From Eledone cirrhosa (taxonomy: Eukaryota), in NCBI GenBank assembly GCA_964016885.1, contig OZ024749.1, positions 9,238,001 to 9,302,000 of the forward strand: a DNA stretch of 64,000 nt, read 5' to 3'. The position numbers and the translations under genes were made by a program. Position 1 is the stretch's first letter; each line of letters opens with the position of its first letter. The notes beneath the pieces were generated by a model, which saw only the letters and a list, made by a program, of their open reading frames with translations, did not search any database and had not been told where the DNA came from. Shown here piece after piece: positions 24,905-39,340 of the stretch.

Positions 24905-25152
24905 TTTGTGTGTGTGTGTGAGCATGTGTGTGTGTCTGTGTGTGTGTGTGTGTGAGCATGTGTGTGTCTGTGTTTGTGTGTGTGTGAGCATGTGTGTGTG
25001 TGTCTGTGTATGTGTGTGTGTGAACATGTGTGTGTGTGTGTCTGTGTGTGTCTGTGTGTGTGTCCGTGTGTGTTTGTGTGTGTGTGTGAGCATTTGTGTG
25101 TCTGTGTGTGTGTGTATGTGTATGTGTGTGTGTGTGTATGTGTGTGTGTGAT

Positions 25153-25244
<92 letters not shown>

Positions 25245-25245
25245 T
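24905..25245. repeat. (TG)n microsatellite
   Basis: Direct inspection. Confidence 0.95.
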
Positions 25246-25379
25246 ACGTGTATATCAATGTTGGTCCCCAGACCTACCATATGTGGTGCTGTTTGTTTAC
25301 AGTGTCAGTCGCAGTTACTTGAAGACTTTCTGGAGTTGGCAATGTTTGTGTGGAGATAAAAATGGAGGCATTTGTATGT

Positions 25380-27522
25380 TATCATCATCATCGCCACCAC
25401 CATCGTCATCATCATCATCATTATCATCATCATCGCCACCATCACCACCATCATCATCATCGCCACCATCACCATCATCGCCAACAACATCATCATCACC
25501 ACCATCATCATCACTAACATCACCATCACCACCTCTATCATCATCATCATCATCATCACATCATCATCATCATCATCACCATCATCATCATCATCGCCAC
25601 CATCACCATCATCGCCAACAACATCATCATCACCACCATCATCATCACTAACATTACCATCACCACCATCATCATCATCATCATCATCACCACCACCACC
25701 ACCACCATCATCATCATCATCCTCACCAACATCAACATCATCACCATCACTATCATCATCATCACCAACATCATCATCATCATCATCGCCATCATCACCA
25801 TCACCCTCGCCATCATCATCATTTAATGTCTACTTTCCCCGGTCTCATAGCTGGACTGGTCCGTGGCGGTTCAGATGTCAAGTTACTTGCACTCCTAGTC
25901 ACCCCCCTTTGCCGTCGTCATGGTGATGATGTTGAAGATGATGACGATGATGATGACTATGATGACTATGATGATGACAATAATGGTGATGATGATGACA
26001 ATGATGGTGATGTTGATGATGACAATGATGGTGATGTTGATGACAATGATGGTGATGATGATGACAATGATGGTGATGATGATGACAATGATGGTGATGA
26101 TGATGACAATGATGGTGATGATGATGACAATGATGGTGATGATGATGACAATGATGGTGATGATGATGACTATGATGACTATGATGATGACAATAATGGT
26201 GATGATGATGACAATGATGGTGATGTTGATGATGACAATGATGGTGATGATGATGACAATGATGGTGATGATGATGACAATGATGGTGATGATGATGATG
26301 ACAATGATGGTGATGATGATGACAATGATGGTGATGATGATGACAATGATGGTGATGATGATGACAATGATGGTGATGATGATGACAATGATGGTGATGA
26401 TGATGATGACAATGATGGTGATGATGATGACAATGATGGTGATGATGATGACAATGATGGTGATGATGATGACAATGATGGTGATGATGATGACAATGAT
26501 GGTGATGTTGCTGACGATGATGGTGATGTTGCTGACGATGATGGTGATGTTGATGACAATGATGGTGATGATGATGACAATGATGCTGATGATGATGATG
26601 ACAATGATGGTGATGATGACAACAATGATGGTGATGATGATGACAATGATGGTGATGATGATGACAATGATGGTGATGATGATGACAATGATGCTGATGA
26701 TGATGATGACAATGATGGTGATGATGATGACAATGATGCTGATGATGATGATGACAATGATGGTGATGATGACAACAATGATGGTGATGATGATGACAAT
26801 GATGGTGATGATGATGACAATGATGGTGATGATGATGACAATGATGGTGATGATGATGACAATGATGGTGATGATGATGACAATGATGCTGATGATGATG
26901 ATGACAATGATGGTGATGATGATGACAATGATGGTGATGATGATGACAATGATGGTGATGATGATGACAATGATGCTGATGATGATGATGACAATGATGG
27001 TGATGATGATGACAATGATGCTGATGATGATGATGACAATGATGGTGATGATGACAACAATGATGGTGATGATGATGACAATGATGGTGATGATGATGAC
27101 AATGATGGTGATGATGATGACAATGATGGTGATGATGATGACAATGATGGTGATGTTGATGACAATGATGGTGATGATGATGACAATGATGCTGATGATG
27201 ATGATGACAATGATGGTGATGATGATGACAATGATGGTGATGATGATGACAATGATGGTGATGATGATGACAATGATGGTGATGATGATGACAATGATGG
27301 TGATGATGATGACAATGATGGTGATGTTGCTGACGATGATGGTGATGTTGCTGACGATGATGGTGATGTTGATGACAATGATGGTGATGATGATGACAAT
27401 GATGCTGATGATGATGATGACAATGATGGTGATGATGACAACAATGATGGTGATGATGATGACAATGATGGTGATGATGATGACAATGATGGTGATGTTG
27501 ATGACAATGATGGTGATGTTGC
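25380..27522. repeat. (CAT)n tract followed by ~1.6 kb (GAT)n-derived 21-bp minisatellite
   Basis: Unit GATGATGATGACAATGATGGT repeated through 25920-27520. Confidence 0.95.
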
Positions 27523-27548
27523 TGAGGTTATACTTGGTGTAATAATAG

Positions 27549-28247
27549 TGAAAGAATGAAGAGTAACATGGCTGGCTGTACAACAAGGGGCTTTTGAAAT
27601 AAAGCCCCTTGTTGTACACCCAACCATGTTACTCTTCATTCTTTCACTCGCAGCTCCATTATTATCATATTTACACATATATTTTTTCCTCCGCTGCCAC
27701 CAGTCTGTTTCGTTCTTTGTGTCTTTACCCTTTCTAGCAGTTTCTCTCTCTCTGTTAGCCTCTTCCTCACCTTTCACTCACTCACTCTCTGTCACTACCT
27801 CTCCTCCTCCCCTTTCTTCCCGTTTGACCTGTCCACAATCCTTTTCTCGCGGGCACTTGGCCAAGCCAGTATGAATTTTTTTTCTCTCTCTCTCTTCTGC
27901 GACTTCACAGAACTTATGTTTACCGAATTCGCAGACCAGACCCCTTCTTCCTCCCGTTAGACCTGTGCGAAATTCCTTCCTTGCTCACATTTCAACCAGG
28001 TTTGATGGTCTTTATTCTCCCGTTCACGATTCCACCGAATTTATATTCATAGAAATCTGGGACTTGTTTCTTTCTTCTTCATCACTTTCTGTTGCTTAAA
28101 CCATTTTGTTTGTTTACCCTAGCGTCCCCCTTATTTACGTGTCCCAACGACTTTTTTTAGCCGTTGCTCGCACCAACCTGAGGTATATGGCCTTTAATGC
28201 GACGAAATGCCTACGACGGTTGGATGGCCACTGATGAGGACAAACTT

Positions 28248-28252
<5 letters not shown>
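27549..28252 (+). mobile_element. Penelope-pLTR-like repeat: palindromic start, pyrimidine-rich body, structured RNA at 3' end
   Basis: Palindrome at 27549-27648 and a C/T-rich body. The 3' part is near-identical to 63885-64000 and structurally similar to 42140-42680. Ends in (TA)n. Confidence 0.6.
28173..28238 (+). ncRNA. Candidate strand-scrambled hammerhead ribozyme (copy 1)
   Basis: AGGTAT-A-TGGCC ... C-GAAA-TGCCT ... GGCCA-CTGATGA-G, plus helix CCAACC/GGTTGG; see findings. Confidence 0.55.
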
Positions 28253-28295
<43 letters not shown>

Positions 28296-28532
28296 TGGTC
28301 TTAGGATTCTGTCAGTCGATTGGTTATTGGTGCAGTGCACCTTACTGCTGCATTAGTGCGGCAGACACTCGAGTCCGGGAACCGTATAGGCACCCGTTTT
28401 ACATGTGTTGTGTTGAAGCAAATAACTTTGTGCATACTCTGGTAATGTATCTTACATTGCCCATGGAGTGGGCTGAGATACAACCGGTACTGGCATTGAT
28501 AAATATGCTGGGTCCGTCAACCCTTATTATTA

Positions 28533-28571
<39 letters not shown>

Positions 28572-28991
28572 CAGTCCACGCTGTAATGTGACCGTGTAGG
28601 CAACACGGTAAAAACCTCCCAGCCCCACACTGTAAATGTGGTTGGTGTTAGGAAGGGCATCCAGCTGTAGAAAACCCGCCAGACAGTCCTATGCGAGCAA
28701 GACAATCACTCTTGCCTCAAGTGGGAAAACCCCTGTCCAAACCCATGCAAGCGTGGAACACGGACGTTAAACGATGATGATGATGATGTGAGAAAAACCA
28801 CAGACCCTCCATCTCAACTCACCTTTTGAAAAGCAGAAGAACTGCGAAACCGGTAAAGGAACCAAATAAATGTATATATATTTTTTTTTAAATAAGACTC
28901 CAGTTGCATTTTCGATTTCATCTTTTTTTCTTTATACTTTCACTCGTGTAGGACACCTCGGTTATTTTTCAATTTGTAAAAAAAACCTCAC

Positions 28992-29036
<45 letters not shown>

Positions 29037-29686
29037 TATACTTATAAATACTCCGTGGAAATTGTACCGTAACATTTTTAACTGGACACCTATGAAACAC
29101 ACTACGAGGAACACGTCAACAAAATATATTTGGTAAGCAATCCTCCATATTTATTTTGTTTGTGCACCTCAAAACATAATTGACTGAATCTACACAAATG
29201 AAATTGAAGTTATCTTACCGTAGGTATGGTGTGGTGTGCTGTATGGTGTTGTGTGGTGTGGTGTGGTGTGGTGTGGTTTGGTGTGGTGTGGCGTGGTGTG
29301 GTGCTGTGTGGTGTTGTGTGGAGTGGTGTGGTGTGGAGTGGTATTGTGTGGTGTTGTGTGGTGTGGTATGGATCCTCTACAGACAACCACTTCCCCACAC
29401 CCTCCTCCCACCACTACCCAACACCCTCCTCCCACCACAACACCCTCCCCCACCCCACCCCACCCCAGCCCCTTCCCAGACAGTCCACACCTTTCTACTG
29501 TTCTTTCTGCTGTAAACAAACCCAATATCCAAGAAAGAAGCTATAGAGGAATCTGAAGAAAACAACCAATGACCACAAAAGTGAAATGGAAATATTTTCC
29601 ACATGTATATTGTCAGTTGTTTACTGCTTTCTTGCTCCTTTCAGCATCAATAGCATCATACATATGTGTGTATATATATATATATT

Positions 29687-29719
<33 letters not shown>

Positions 29720-29777
29720 ATATATGTATATATATATAAATATACACACACGCATGTCTATGTATATATATATATAT

Positions 29778-29882
<105 letters not shown>

Positions 29883-29976
29883 TGCGTGTGTGTGTATATA
29901 TATAAATATATACATATTGTTGTATACAGTTGTATACATATATATATTATTATTATATACATATGTATACATATAT

Positions 29977-30312
29977 GGAGGCACATGGCTTAGTGGTTAG
30001 AGCATTGGCCTTGCAATCGAAAGGTTGTGAGTTCAATTCTCAGACCGGGTGATGTGTTGTTTCCCTTAGTAAGACACTTTATTTCACATTGCTCCAGTTT
30101 ACTCAGCTGTAGAAATAAGATGATAGGGACTGGGGTCCATATCATTCCACTGCAAAGTGGTCGTGGAGGTGCCACAGCAAAAAAGCACCCAACACTCACT
30201 GTAAATGAGGTTGGTGTTAGGAAGGGCATCCAGCTGTAGAAATCAAGCCAGAATCAGTTCCTGTCCCACCCAAGAAGGGAAAAAGCAGACGTAAAATGAA
30301 ATGATGATGATG
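29977..30312 (+). mobile_element. tRNA-derived SINE (family A)
   Basis: Close match to the 23302 copy. Confidence 0.9.
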
Positions 30313-30463
30313 ATATACACACACACGTCTATATAAATATATATATATATATATACACATGTTTGTATGCATTTCTATATATGAAATTGTATGTATGTAT
30401 AATATATATATATATATATATATATACCTGTATCTATATATCAGTATATCTGTCTATCTGTAC

Positions 30464-30496
<33 letters not shown>

Positions 30497-30540
30497 CCAT
30501 GTAGGCATATATGCTTGCATGTAAACATATGGGAAATATA

Positions 30541-30592
<52 letters not shown>

Positions 30593-30782
30593 TACATTTA
30601 CACACAGGCATATATACCTACATGGTATTGTGAAAATATGTGCATATATTTATAAATTCCTTAGTATATACACATTTGTATATATGGATATGTATAACAT
30701 ATGCACATAATTAATTGAATATTTTACAGTATCTTCTAATGGTATGAACTTACACACATATATCTAAATATATATTTGTGGT

Positions 30783-30828
<46 letters not shown>

Positions 30829-30933
30829 TATAGAGAGAGAGATTTTTAACCATACATATATACATATCCACATTTGTAAACACAATCACATATATAATAA
30901 CCTATATATAGCTTTATATCTATACATGTATTG

Positions 30934-30987
<54 letters not shown>

Positions 30988-31042
30988 TATATATATATAT
31001 ATTATATATATATATATATATATAATATATATACACACATAC

Positions 31043-31113
<71 letters not shown>

Positions 31114-31213
31114 CACAAATATATATACATAAAGACATAAATATATACATACATACACTAATGTATACACACAGAGAAAGACATATATACGTACACACAC
31201 ATACACTAATATA

Positions 31214-31245
<32 letters not shown>

Positions 31246-31296
31246 CACACACAGGCAGGCAGACATACATACATATATATATACACACAGACACTA

Positions 31297-31347
<51 letters not shown>

Positions 31348-31784
31348 TATTTACCTATATATATACATATACACAGACAGACATACATACACACATACAC
31401 TAATATATTTATATATACACAGATAAAGACATACATATATACATATACACACAGACAGACATACATACACATACACTAATATATATACCCACATACACAA
31501 ATATATATATATATATATATACACAGACATACAGACATATATATATAACTCAACAATTCTAAAGGTAATAACAAAATATGTAAATGAATTTTTTATTTTT
31601 CTCTCTGTGAGGCTTCTCTCTCTCTCTCTCGCCCTCACTCTCTCTCCAACTCCTCCACTGCCTCTCCAGTCCTCTCTCTCTCTCTTACTCCCACTTTGTC
31701 TCCCTCACTTTTACTCCCACTCCCACTCCCTATCATTATCCCCCCACACACACACACACACCACCACCTACCTACCCTCTATCT

Positions 31785-32262
31785 CTCTCTCCCTCTCCAC
31801 CACTGTCTCTCTCCCCCACCCCATCACCATCTCCCACTCTCTCTCTCTCTCCCCCACCCCACCACCACCCCCCACTCTCTCTCCCTCTCCACCACTGTCT
31901 CTCTCTCCCAACCCACCACCACCCCCCACTCTCTCTCCCCCTCTCCGCCACTGTCTCTCTCTCCCAACCCACCACCACCCCCACTCTCTCTCCCCCTCTC
32001 CGCCACTGTCTCTCTCTCCCAACCCACCACCACCCCCCACTCTCTCTCTCCCTCTCCACCACTGTCTCTATCCCCCACCCCACCACCATCCCCCACTCTC
32101 TCTCTCCCTCTCCGCCACTGTCTCTCTCCCCCACCCCACCACCATCCCCCACTCTCTCTCCCTCTCCGCCACTGTCTCTCTCCCCCACCCGACCACCATC
32201 CCCCACTCTCTCTCTCCCTCTCCGCCACTGCCTCTCTCCCCCACCCCACCACCACCCCCCAC
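31785..32262. repeat. C/T-rich ~52-bp minisatellite
   Basis: Unit like CCACTGTCTCTCTCCCCCACCCCACCACCATCCCCCACTCTCTCTCCCTCTCCG. Confidence 0.85.
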
Positions 32263-32355
32263 CTCAACATTATATAAACACTCAGTTGTAGAAACCAAAG
32301 AAGAAAGAATATTTGGTTTTCTTAGAGTTCTTTCATATGGAAAGTTCTGGTAAGT

Positions 32356-34680
32356 GTGGCAGGGAGAGGGTGGGTCCTGCAGGTAACGGAGAACATGGAC
32401 ACCCTGGGTGGCGGGGAGAGGGTGGACAGGGTGGGTCCTGCAGGTAACAGAAAACATGGACACCCTGGGTGGCAGAGAGAGGGTGAAGAGGGTGGGTCCT
32501 GCAGGTAACAGAGAACATGGACACCCTGGGTGGCAGGGAGAGGGTGAAGAGAGTGGGTCCTGCAGGTAACAGAGAACATGGACACCCTGGGTGGCAGGGA
32601 GAGGGTGGAGAGGGTGGCTCCTGCAGGTAACAGAGAACATGGACACCCTGGGTGGCAGGGAGAGGGTGAAGAGGGTGGGTCCTGCAGGTAACAGAGAACA
32701 TGGACACCCTGGGTGGCAAGGAGAGGGTGGGTCCTGCAGGTAACAGAGAACATGGACACCCTGGGTGGCAGGGAGAGGGTGGGTCCTGCAGGTAACAGAG
32801 AACATGGACACCCTGGGTGGCAGGGAGAGGGTGGAGAGGGTGGGTCCTGCAGGTAACGGAGAACATGGACACCCTGGGTGGCGGGGAGAGGGTGGAGAGG
32901 GTGTGTCCTGCAGGTGACAGAGAACATGGACACCCTGGGTGGCAGGGAGAGGGTGGAGAGGGTGGGTCCTGCAGGTAACGGAGAGCATGGACACCCTGGG
33001 TGGCAGGGAGAGGGTGAAGAGGGTGGGTCCTGCAGGTAACGGAGAACATGGACACCCTGGGTGGCGGGGAGAGGGTGGAGAGGGTGGGTCCTGCAGGTAA
33101 CGGAGAACATGGACACGCTGGGTGGCCGGGAGAGGGTGGAGAGGGTGTGTCCTGCAGGTAACGGAGAACATGGACACCCTGGGTGGCGGGGAGAGGGTGG
33201 AGAGGGTGGGTCCTGCAGGTAACGGAGAACATGGACACCCTGGGTGGCAGGGAGAGGGTGGAGAGGGTGGGTCCTGCAGGTAACGGAGAACATGGACACC
33301 CTGGGTGGCGGGGAGAGGGTGGAGAGGGTGGGTCCTGCAGGTAACGGAGAACATGGACACTCTGGGTGGCAGGGAGAGGGTGGAGAGGGTGGGTCCTGCA
33401 GGTAACGGAGAACATGGACACCCTGGGTGGCGGGGAGAGGGTGGAGAGGGTGTGTCCTGCAGGTAACGGAGAACATGGACACCCTGGGTGGCAGGGAGAG
33501 GGTGGAGAGGGTGTGTCCTGCAGGTAACGGAGAACATGGACACCCTGGGTGGCAGGGAGAGGGTGGAGAGGGTGTGTCCTGCAGGTAACGGAGAACATGG
33601 ACACCCTGGGTGGCAGGGAGAGGGTGGAGAGGGTGTGTCCTGCAGGTAACGGAGAACATGGACACCCTGGGTGGCAGGGAGAGGGTGGAGAGGGTGTGTC
33701 CTGCAGGTAACGGAGAACATGGACACCCTGGGTGGCAGGGAGAGGGTGGAGAGGGTGTGTCCTGCAGGTAACGGAGAACATGGACACCCTGGGTGGCAGG
33801 GAGAGGGTGGAGAGGGTGTGTCCTGCAGGTAACGGAGTACATGGACACCCTGGGTGGCGGGGAGAGGGTGGAGAGTGTGTGTCCTGCAGGTAACGGAGAA
33901 CATGGACACCCTGGGTGGCGGGGAGAGGGTGGAGAGGGTGTGTCCTGCAGGTAACGGAGAACATGGACACCCTGGGTGGCGGGGAGAGGGTGGAGAGGGT
34001 GGCTCCTGCAGGTAACGGAGAACATGGACACCCTGGGTGGCAGGGAGAGGGTGGGTCCTGCAGGTAACAGAGAACATGGACACCCTGGGTGGCAGGGAGA
34101 GGGTGGAGAGGGTGGGTCCTGCAGGTAACGGAGAACATGGACACCCTGGGTGGCGGGGAGAGGGTGGGTCCTGCAGGTAACAGAGAACATGGACACCCTG
34201 GGTGGCAGGGAGAGGGTGGAGAGGGTGGGTCCTGCAGGTAACGGAGAACATGGACACCCTGGGTGGCAGGGAGAGGGTGGGTCCTGCAGGTAACAGAGAA
34301 CATGGACACCCTGGGTGGCAGGGAGAGGGTGGAGAGGGTGGGTCCTGCAGGTAACGGAGAACATGGACACCCTGGGTGGCGGGGAGAGGGTGGAGAGGGT
34401 GTGTCCTGCAGGTAACAGAGAACATGGACACCCTGGGTGGCAGGGAGAGGGTGGGTCCTGCAGGTAACAGAGAACATGGACACCCTGGGTGGCAGGGAGA
34501 GGGTGGAGAGGGTGGGTCCTGCAGGTAACGGAGAACATGGACACCCTGGGTGGCAGGGAGAGGGTGGAGAGGGTGGGTCCTGCAGGTAACGGAGAGCATG
34601 GACACCCTGGGTGGCAGGGAGAGGGTGGAGAGGGTGGGTCCTGCAGGTAACGGAGAACATGGACACCCTGGGTGGCGGGA
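32356..34680. repeat. 61/52-bp G-rich minisatellite, ~39 copies
   Basis: Unit GGGTGGCAGGGAGAGGGTGGAGAGGGTGGGTCCTGCAGGTAACGGAGAACATGGACACCCT, with a variant 9 bp shorter. Confidence 0.97.
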
Positions 34681-35065
34681 AACGGGGATGAAGTGGGGGG
34701 TGTCAACTTTGAAAACTCCTTTCTTCATATATTTAATTATGAGCTTGCTGTATATATCGTCACCAACATCATCATTGCCCTCATTACTGTCATTATCATC
34801 TCATTCTCATCATCATCATCATCATAGTCATCATAGTCATCACCATCATCATCATCATTGAATAGCAAGTAGATGAAACCAAGAGGAGGATGAGAATTTG
34901 TTGGAAATGGTGGAAAGAGAAATGAAAGGAGTTAAAAGAAAATTTCAAAATGTTTTTATTTCCAGAAATATTTCTAGAAAGTGATGAGGAATGAAGAATA
35001 GATGAAAAAGAAAAGAAATAAAATGAAAGAAGAAATGAAACAATGAAAGGAAGGGAAGGAAAGTG

Positions 35066-35680
35066 GAGAGAATGACAGACTCTGTACCCCACACCCCAGA
35101 GAGAATGACAAACTCTGTACCCCACACCCTAGAGAGAATGACAGACTCTGTGCCCCAGACCCCAGAGAGAATGACAGACTTTGTACCCCACACCCCAGAG
35201 AGAATGTCAGACACTGTACCCCACACCCCAGAGAGAATGACAGACTCTGTACCCCACACCCCAGAGAGAATGACAGACTCTGTACCCCACACCCCAGAGA
35301 GAATGACAGACTCTGTACCCCACACCCCAGAGAGAATGTCAGACTCTGTACCCCACACCCCAGAGAGAATGACAGACTTTGTACCCCACATCCCAGAGAG
35401 AATGACAGACTCTGTACCCCACACCCCAGAGAGAATGTCAGACTCTGTACCCCACACCCCAGAGAGAATGACAGACTCTGTACCCCACACCCCAGAGAGA
35501 ATGACAGACTCTGTACCCCACACCCCAGAGAGAATGACAGACTCTGTACCCCACACCCCAGAGAGAATGACAGACTCTGTACCCCACACCCCAGAGAGAA
35601 TGACAGACTCTGTACCCCAGAGAGAATGTCAGACTCTGTACCCCAGAGAGAATGTCAGACTCTGTACCCCACACCCCAGT
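35066..35680. repeat. 33-bp minisatellite
   Basis: Unit GAGAGAATGACAGACTCTGTACCCCACACCCCA. Confidence 0.97.
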
Positions 35681-36295
35681 CTGAGTGATATCTCTCAGAT
35701 GTACCTTGTGGCATTGCCACGGAGAACAGCCAGCAAAACCCGCTACACCATTCACTCGACCTTTTTCCAATTTTGTAAAGGAAAAAGAATAATATTCAAT
35801 TTAAAATAAAGACTTTCCACATCTGTAGGACCCTTTAAGGGCTAATGTTAAAACCTGAATACATAATGATAAGCTAATGAGAAATAAATTCCCCCCTGGA
35901 TAAAATGCTAGTCTACCTCAGGCAATATTTCCTCATGACTTGGTATCTATTCATGCCAGATAAATGGCCTGAAGCAATGTTCAATATGTTTGTTTGCTCA
36001 AGGAAGATTTGAGATTTGAACTCAGTACCACTGGGATTATATACTTTATCGACTTTACCATTTCACTGCAAGCATACAAACACACTTACACACATACACA
36101 CATACACACTTACACACACACACACACATACACACTTACACACATACACACATACACACATACACACAAACACGTACACAATCAAGCACACATATGTACA
36201 TATATGTATGTGTGTGTATATATATATGTACATATGTATGTATGTGTATGTATATATATATATATATATGTACATATGTATGTATATGTATACTC

Positions 36296-36326
<31 letters not shown>

Positions 36327-36327
36327 C

Positions 36328-36360
<33 letters not shown>

Positions 36361-36432
36361 TACAGCTACAGGTGTGTATGTGTGTATATGTATGTGGGTA
36401 AACAGACATTAAATGATATATATATATATATT

Positions 36433-36470
<38 letters not shown>

Positions 36471-36525
36471 CAAACACACATGCACATATACATACATACA
36501 TGCAGTTACACACATGTACATTCAT

Positions 36526-36556
<31 letters not shown>

Positions 36557-36736
36557 AGTACATACTCACACAATTTCACATACACACACAATAAACACAC
36601 ACACAATATCACACCTACACACACATTCATCCAAATAAACCAAAATATCTCTTAAAGCATTCTTGAATACATTAGTTTTTATTGGTTATCAACAATATTC
36701 TCTATCCCCCTCCCCTCCTCTCTCTCTATCTATCTA

Positions 36737-36769
<33 letters not shown>

Positions 36770-36894
36770 CTTTCACACCTCTATCCCTGTCTCTCTCACT
36801 CACTATCCAAAGACTATTCATTTTCATTTTTAATGTGCATGTGTGTGTATACATATAAATATATATATATATATCATCATCATCATCATCATCA

Positions 36895-37380
36895 TCGTTT
36901 AACGTCCATCTTCCACGCTAGCATGGGTTAGACGGTTCTGTACCATTTGATGCAGGATTGGTCGGGAGATCGTGTCTCGCTCGTACGGAAGTGTCTCTGG
37001 CAGGTTTTTTTACTGCTGGATGTCCTTCCTAACACCAACCACGTTTACAGTGTCGACTGGGAGCCTTTTTACCATGTCTCCTACACGACAACCTTACAGT
37101 GTTATGTTGGTAGCACAACATCCAGTCCAAACTAAAGGTGTCACGACAAAAAACACACAGTTCACACTGTAATGTGGTCGTGTAGGTAACACAGTAAAAA
37201 GGCTCCCAGTCCACACTGTAAATGTGGTTGGTGTTAGGGAGGGCATCCAGCAGTAGATAACCTGACGGATAGTCCTATACGAGTGAGACAAGGTCACCCG
37301 ATCAATCTTGACTCAAGTGGGACAATTTCCGTCTAACCCATGCTAACGTGGAAGATAGACGTTAAACGATGATGATCATC
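36895..37380. mobile_element. Two SINE 3' halves in inverted arrangement
   Basis: 36895-37100 (minus) and 37160-37380 (plus) share the core and the GACGTTAAAC(GAT)n tail. Confidence 0.75.
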
Positions 37381-37389
37381 ATCATGGTA

Positions 37390-37436
<47 letters not shown>

Positions 37437-38254
37437 ACACACATTAAAACAACAAGAGAAGGCCGGACTGGAAAATTTGCTTTACAATGTTAATTCCACG
37501 AAAACACTTTATATATTTCAATGACCCAGCTCTATTATCTGAAGAATAATGTAAGAGGGTACCGTTGAACCCAAACATAGAATAGAAGATAGGAAATAGA
37601 AAATACTGGACTGATTCGATTTGGGGACAGCTTGCTAATATGGTGTTATATCTATAGCAGATGGTCCCATATGAGGTAGGTGTACAATCTATATATTACT
37701 AAAAGTCTGTGACTGCTTGCTTGCTTGTCTGTAATGTAATACAGCCAAAAGGGTGCATAATGGGAAAATACTTTGAAAGGAAGTTGCCTCTGAAATGGGG
37801 ATACAAATGGAATAAAACAAGTTTCGCGTAAATCGGACCATGGGTTCCCGAGATATGGGGTTTTTTCGGGGTACCTTCATAATGAAAGAGAGAGAAAGAT
37901 AAAGAGGAAGAGATAGTGGTTGTGAGAGAGTAGATTGAAAGAGAGAATTAGAGAGAGAGAGAGAGGAGACAGAGAAGGAGAATGGAAGAGAGAGAGAGAG
38001 CTAGTGGTGCTGTTGTGTATATATATATGTGTGTGTGTATATATATATATGTGTGTGTGTGTGTGTCTATCACCAGTGCATATAGATCATCATCATCATC
38101 ATCATCATCATCATTTAACGTCCATCTTCCACGCTTGCATGGGTTTGGACGGGAATTTTCCCACTTGAGGCAACATTGGTTGTCTTGCTTGTATAGGACT
38201 GCCTGTATATAAATATCCTACACATACATAGACATTTGAGGTAGAGTGGAATTA

Positions 38255-38610
38255 ATGTTAAACTTCAGTTAAATCTCTATTAAACCTGTGCTAAACCTCT
38301 AATCTGATAAATCTGTGCTAAACTCTCCATTAAACCTCTGTTAAAACCATGTTATACTATTATAAATCTCTGTAAAACCTGTACTAACCCTCTGTTAAAT
38401 TTATGTTAAACCTGTGCTAAACCTCTGATAATCCTGTTAAACCTCTGATAAAACTCTGTTAAACCTGTGCTAAACCTCTGTTAAATTTATGTTAAACTGT
38501 TATTATTTGTGTTAAATCTCTGTTAAACTTCTGTTAAACATATGTTTATTAAAATTTACTCTGTAAAAATCTATTAAATCTGTTGTTTGTTAAACCTCTG
38601 TTAAATTATG
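38255..38610. repeat. Degenerate ~11-bp tandem repeat (TAAACCTCTGT)
   Basis: Recurrent TAAACCTGTGC / TAAACCTCTGT. Confidence 0.75.
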
Positions 38611-39169
38611 CTGTATTAAAAGACAAAATTATCTGAAATCATATAACAAACAGGCAGTAATTTGTGAAATAATGTTGTTGCTGTTGTTTTCACCAGCCAC
38701 ACCTCCATTGAACAAATGTGTGAGATAATGGCTCCCACAACACTTTGTTATCAGTGAAGCAACAACAGCAGTGACTAAAAAAGAATTATCCAAAAATGAA
38801 GAGATAATAGTTACTGACCATTCAAACTAGGATAAAGGTGTGGGTGATTTAAGTTGGTTTTTGTTTTATTAATAAAGAGCAACAAAAAATATCTAAAAAG
38901 AATTTTTTTTTTTTTTAAAATTAATAACATTTTTTAAAAATTTTTAATTTAAATAATTTTTTTTTTTTTTTTTATATGGCGGTTAATCTTTTGAAGTTAT
39001 CACAACTCAAGAAAAATTACCTTAGTTAATTTGGAAAATTTTGAATGCTGAAGTGCAAAAATAAATAAACAAAACATGCTTAACCCTTCCATTACCATAT
39101 TTCTAATGACAGACACTGCTTATAGTTTCCAAGTCATTTTGAAAATAATCCAGAATTTGGAGGGATTTA

Positions 39170-39340
39170 ATAATTGTTTCTACTTTTGGCACAAGGCCAG
39201 CAATTACCCAGTGCATTACTGGTACTTTATTTTATCAACCCAGTAAGGATGAAAGGCAAAGTTAACCTTGGCGGGATTTGAACTCAGGCCGTAAAAGGAC
39301 GTAACTATGCTAGAAAGCATGGCATCCGACCCTCTACTGA
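39170..39340 (-). mobile_element. SINE family B
   Basis: Reverse complement of the 21513 copy. Further copies at 47345-47525 and 48834-49025. Confidence 0.85.

Noticed and set aside
25302-25373. Candidate plus-strand exon (tttacag...gtatgt)
   Set aside because: Only splice-like boundaries; no recognisable peptide or partner exon.
25826-27559. 577-aa Asp-rich ORF resembling acidic biomineralisation proteins
   Set aside because: It is a (GAT)n-derived 21-bp minisatellite open in several frames, begins in SINE-tail-like sequence and has no signal peptide.
28173-28232. HDV-like, twister or pistol ribozyme interpretation of the pseudoknot
   Set aside because: Their conserved residues are absent, and the minus-strand fold has an A-C mismatch where the plus strand has G-U. 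The hammerhead residues fit exactly on the plus strand.
32068-34728. 777-886-aa Pro/Cys-rich ORFs
   Set aside because: All three minus-strand frames are open because the minisatellite unit lacks stop codons.
37528-37590. Hammerhead-like TATTAT-CTGAAGA
   Set aside because: No intact GAAA or stems downstream; too degenerate to call.
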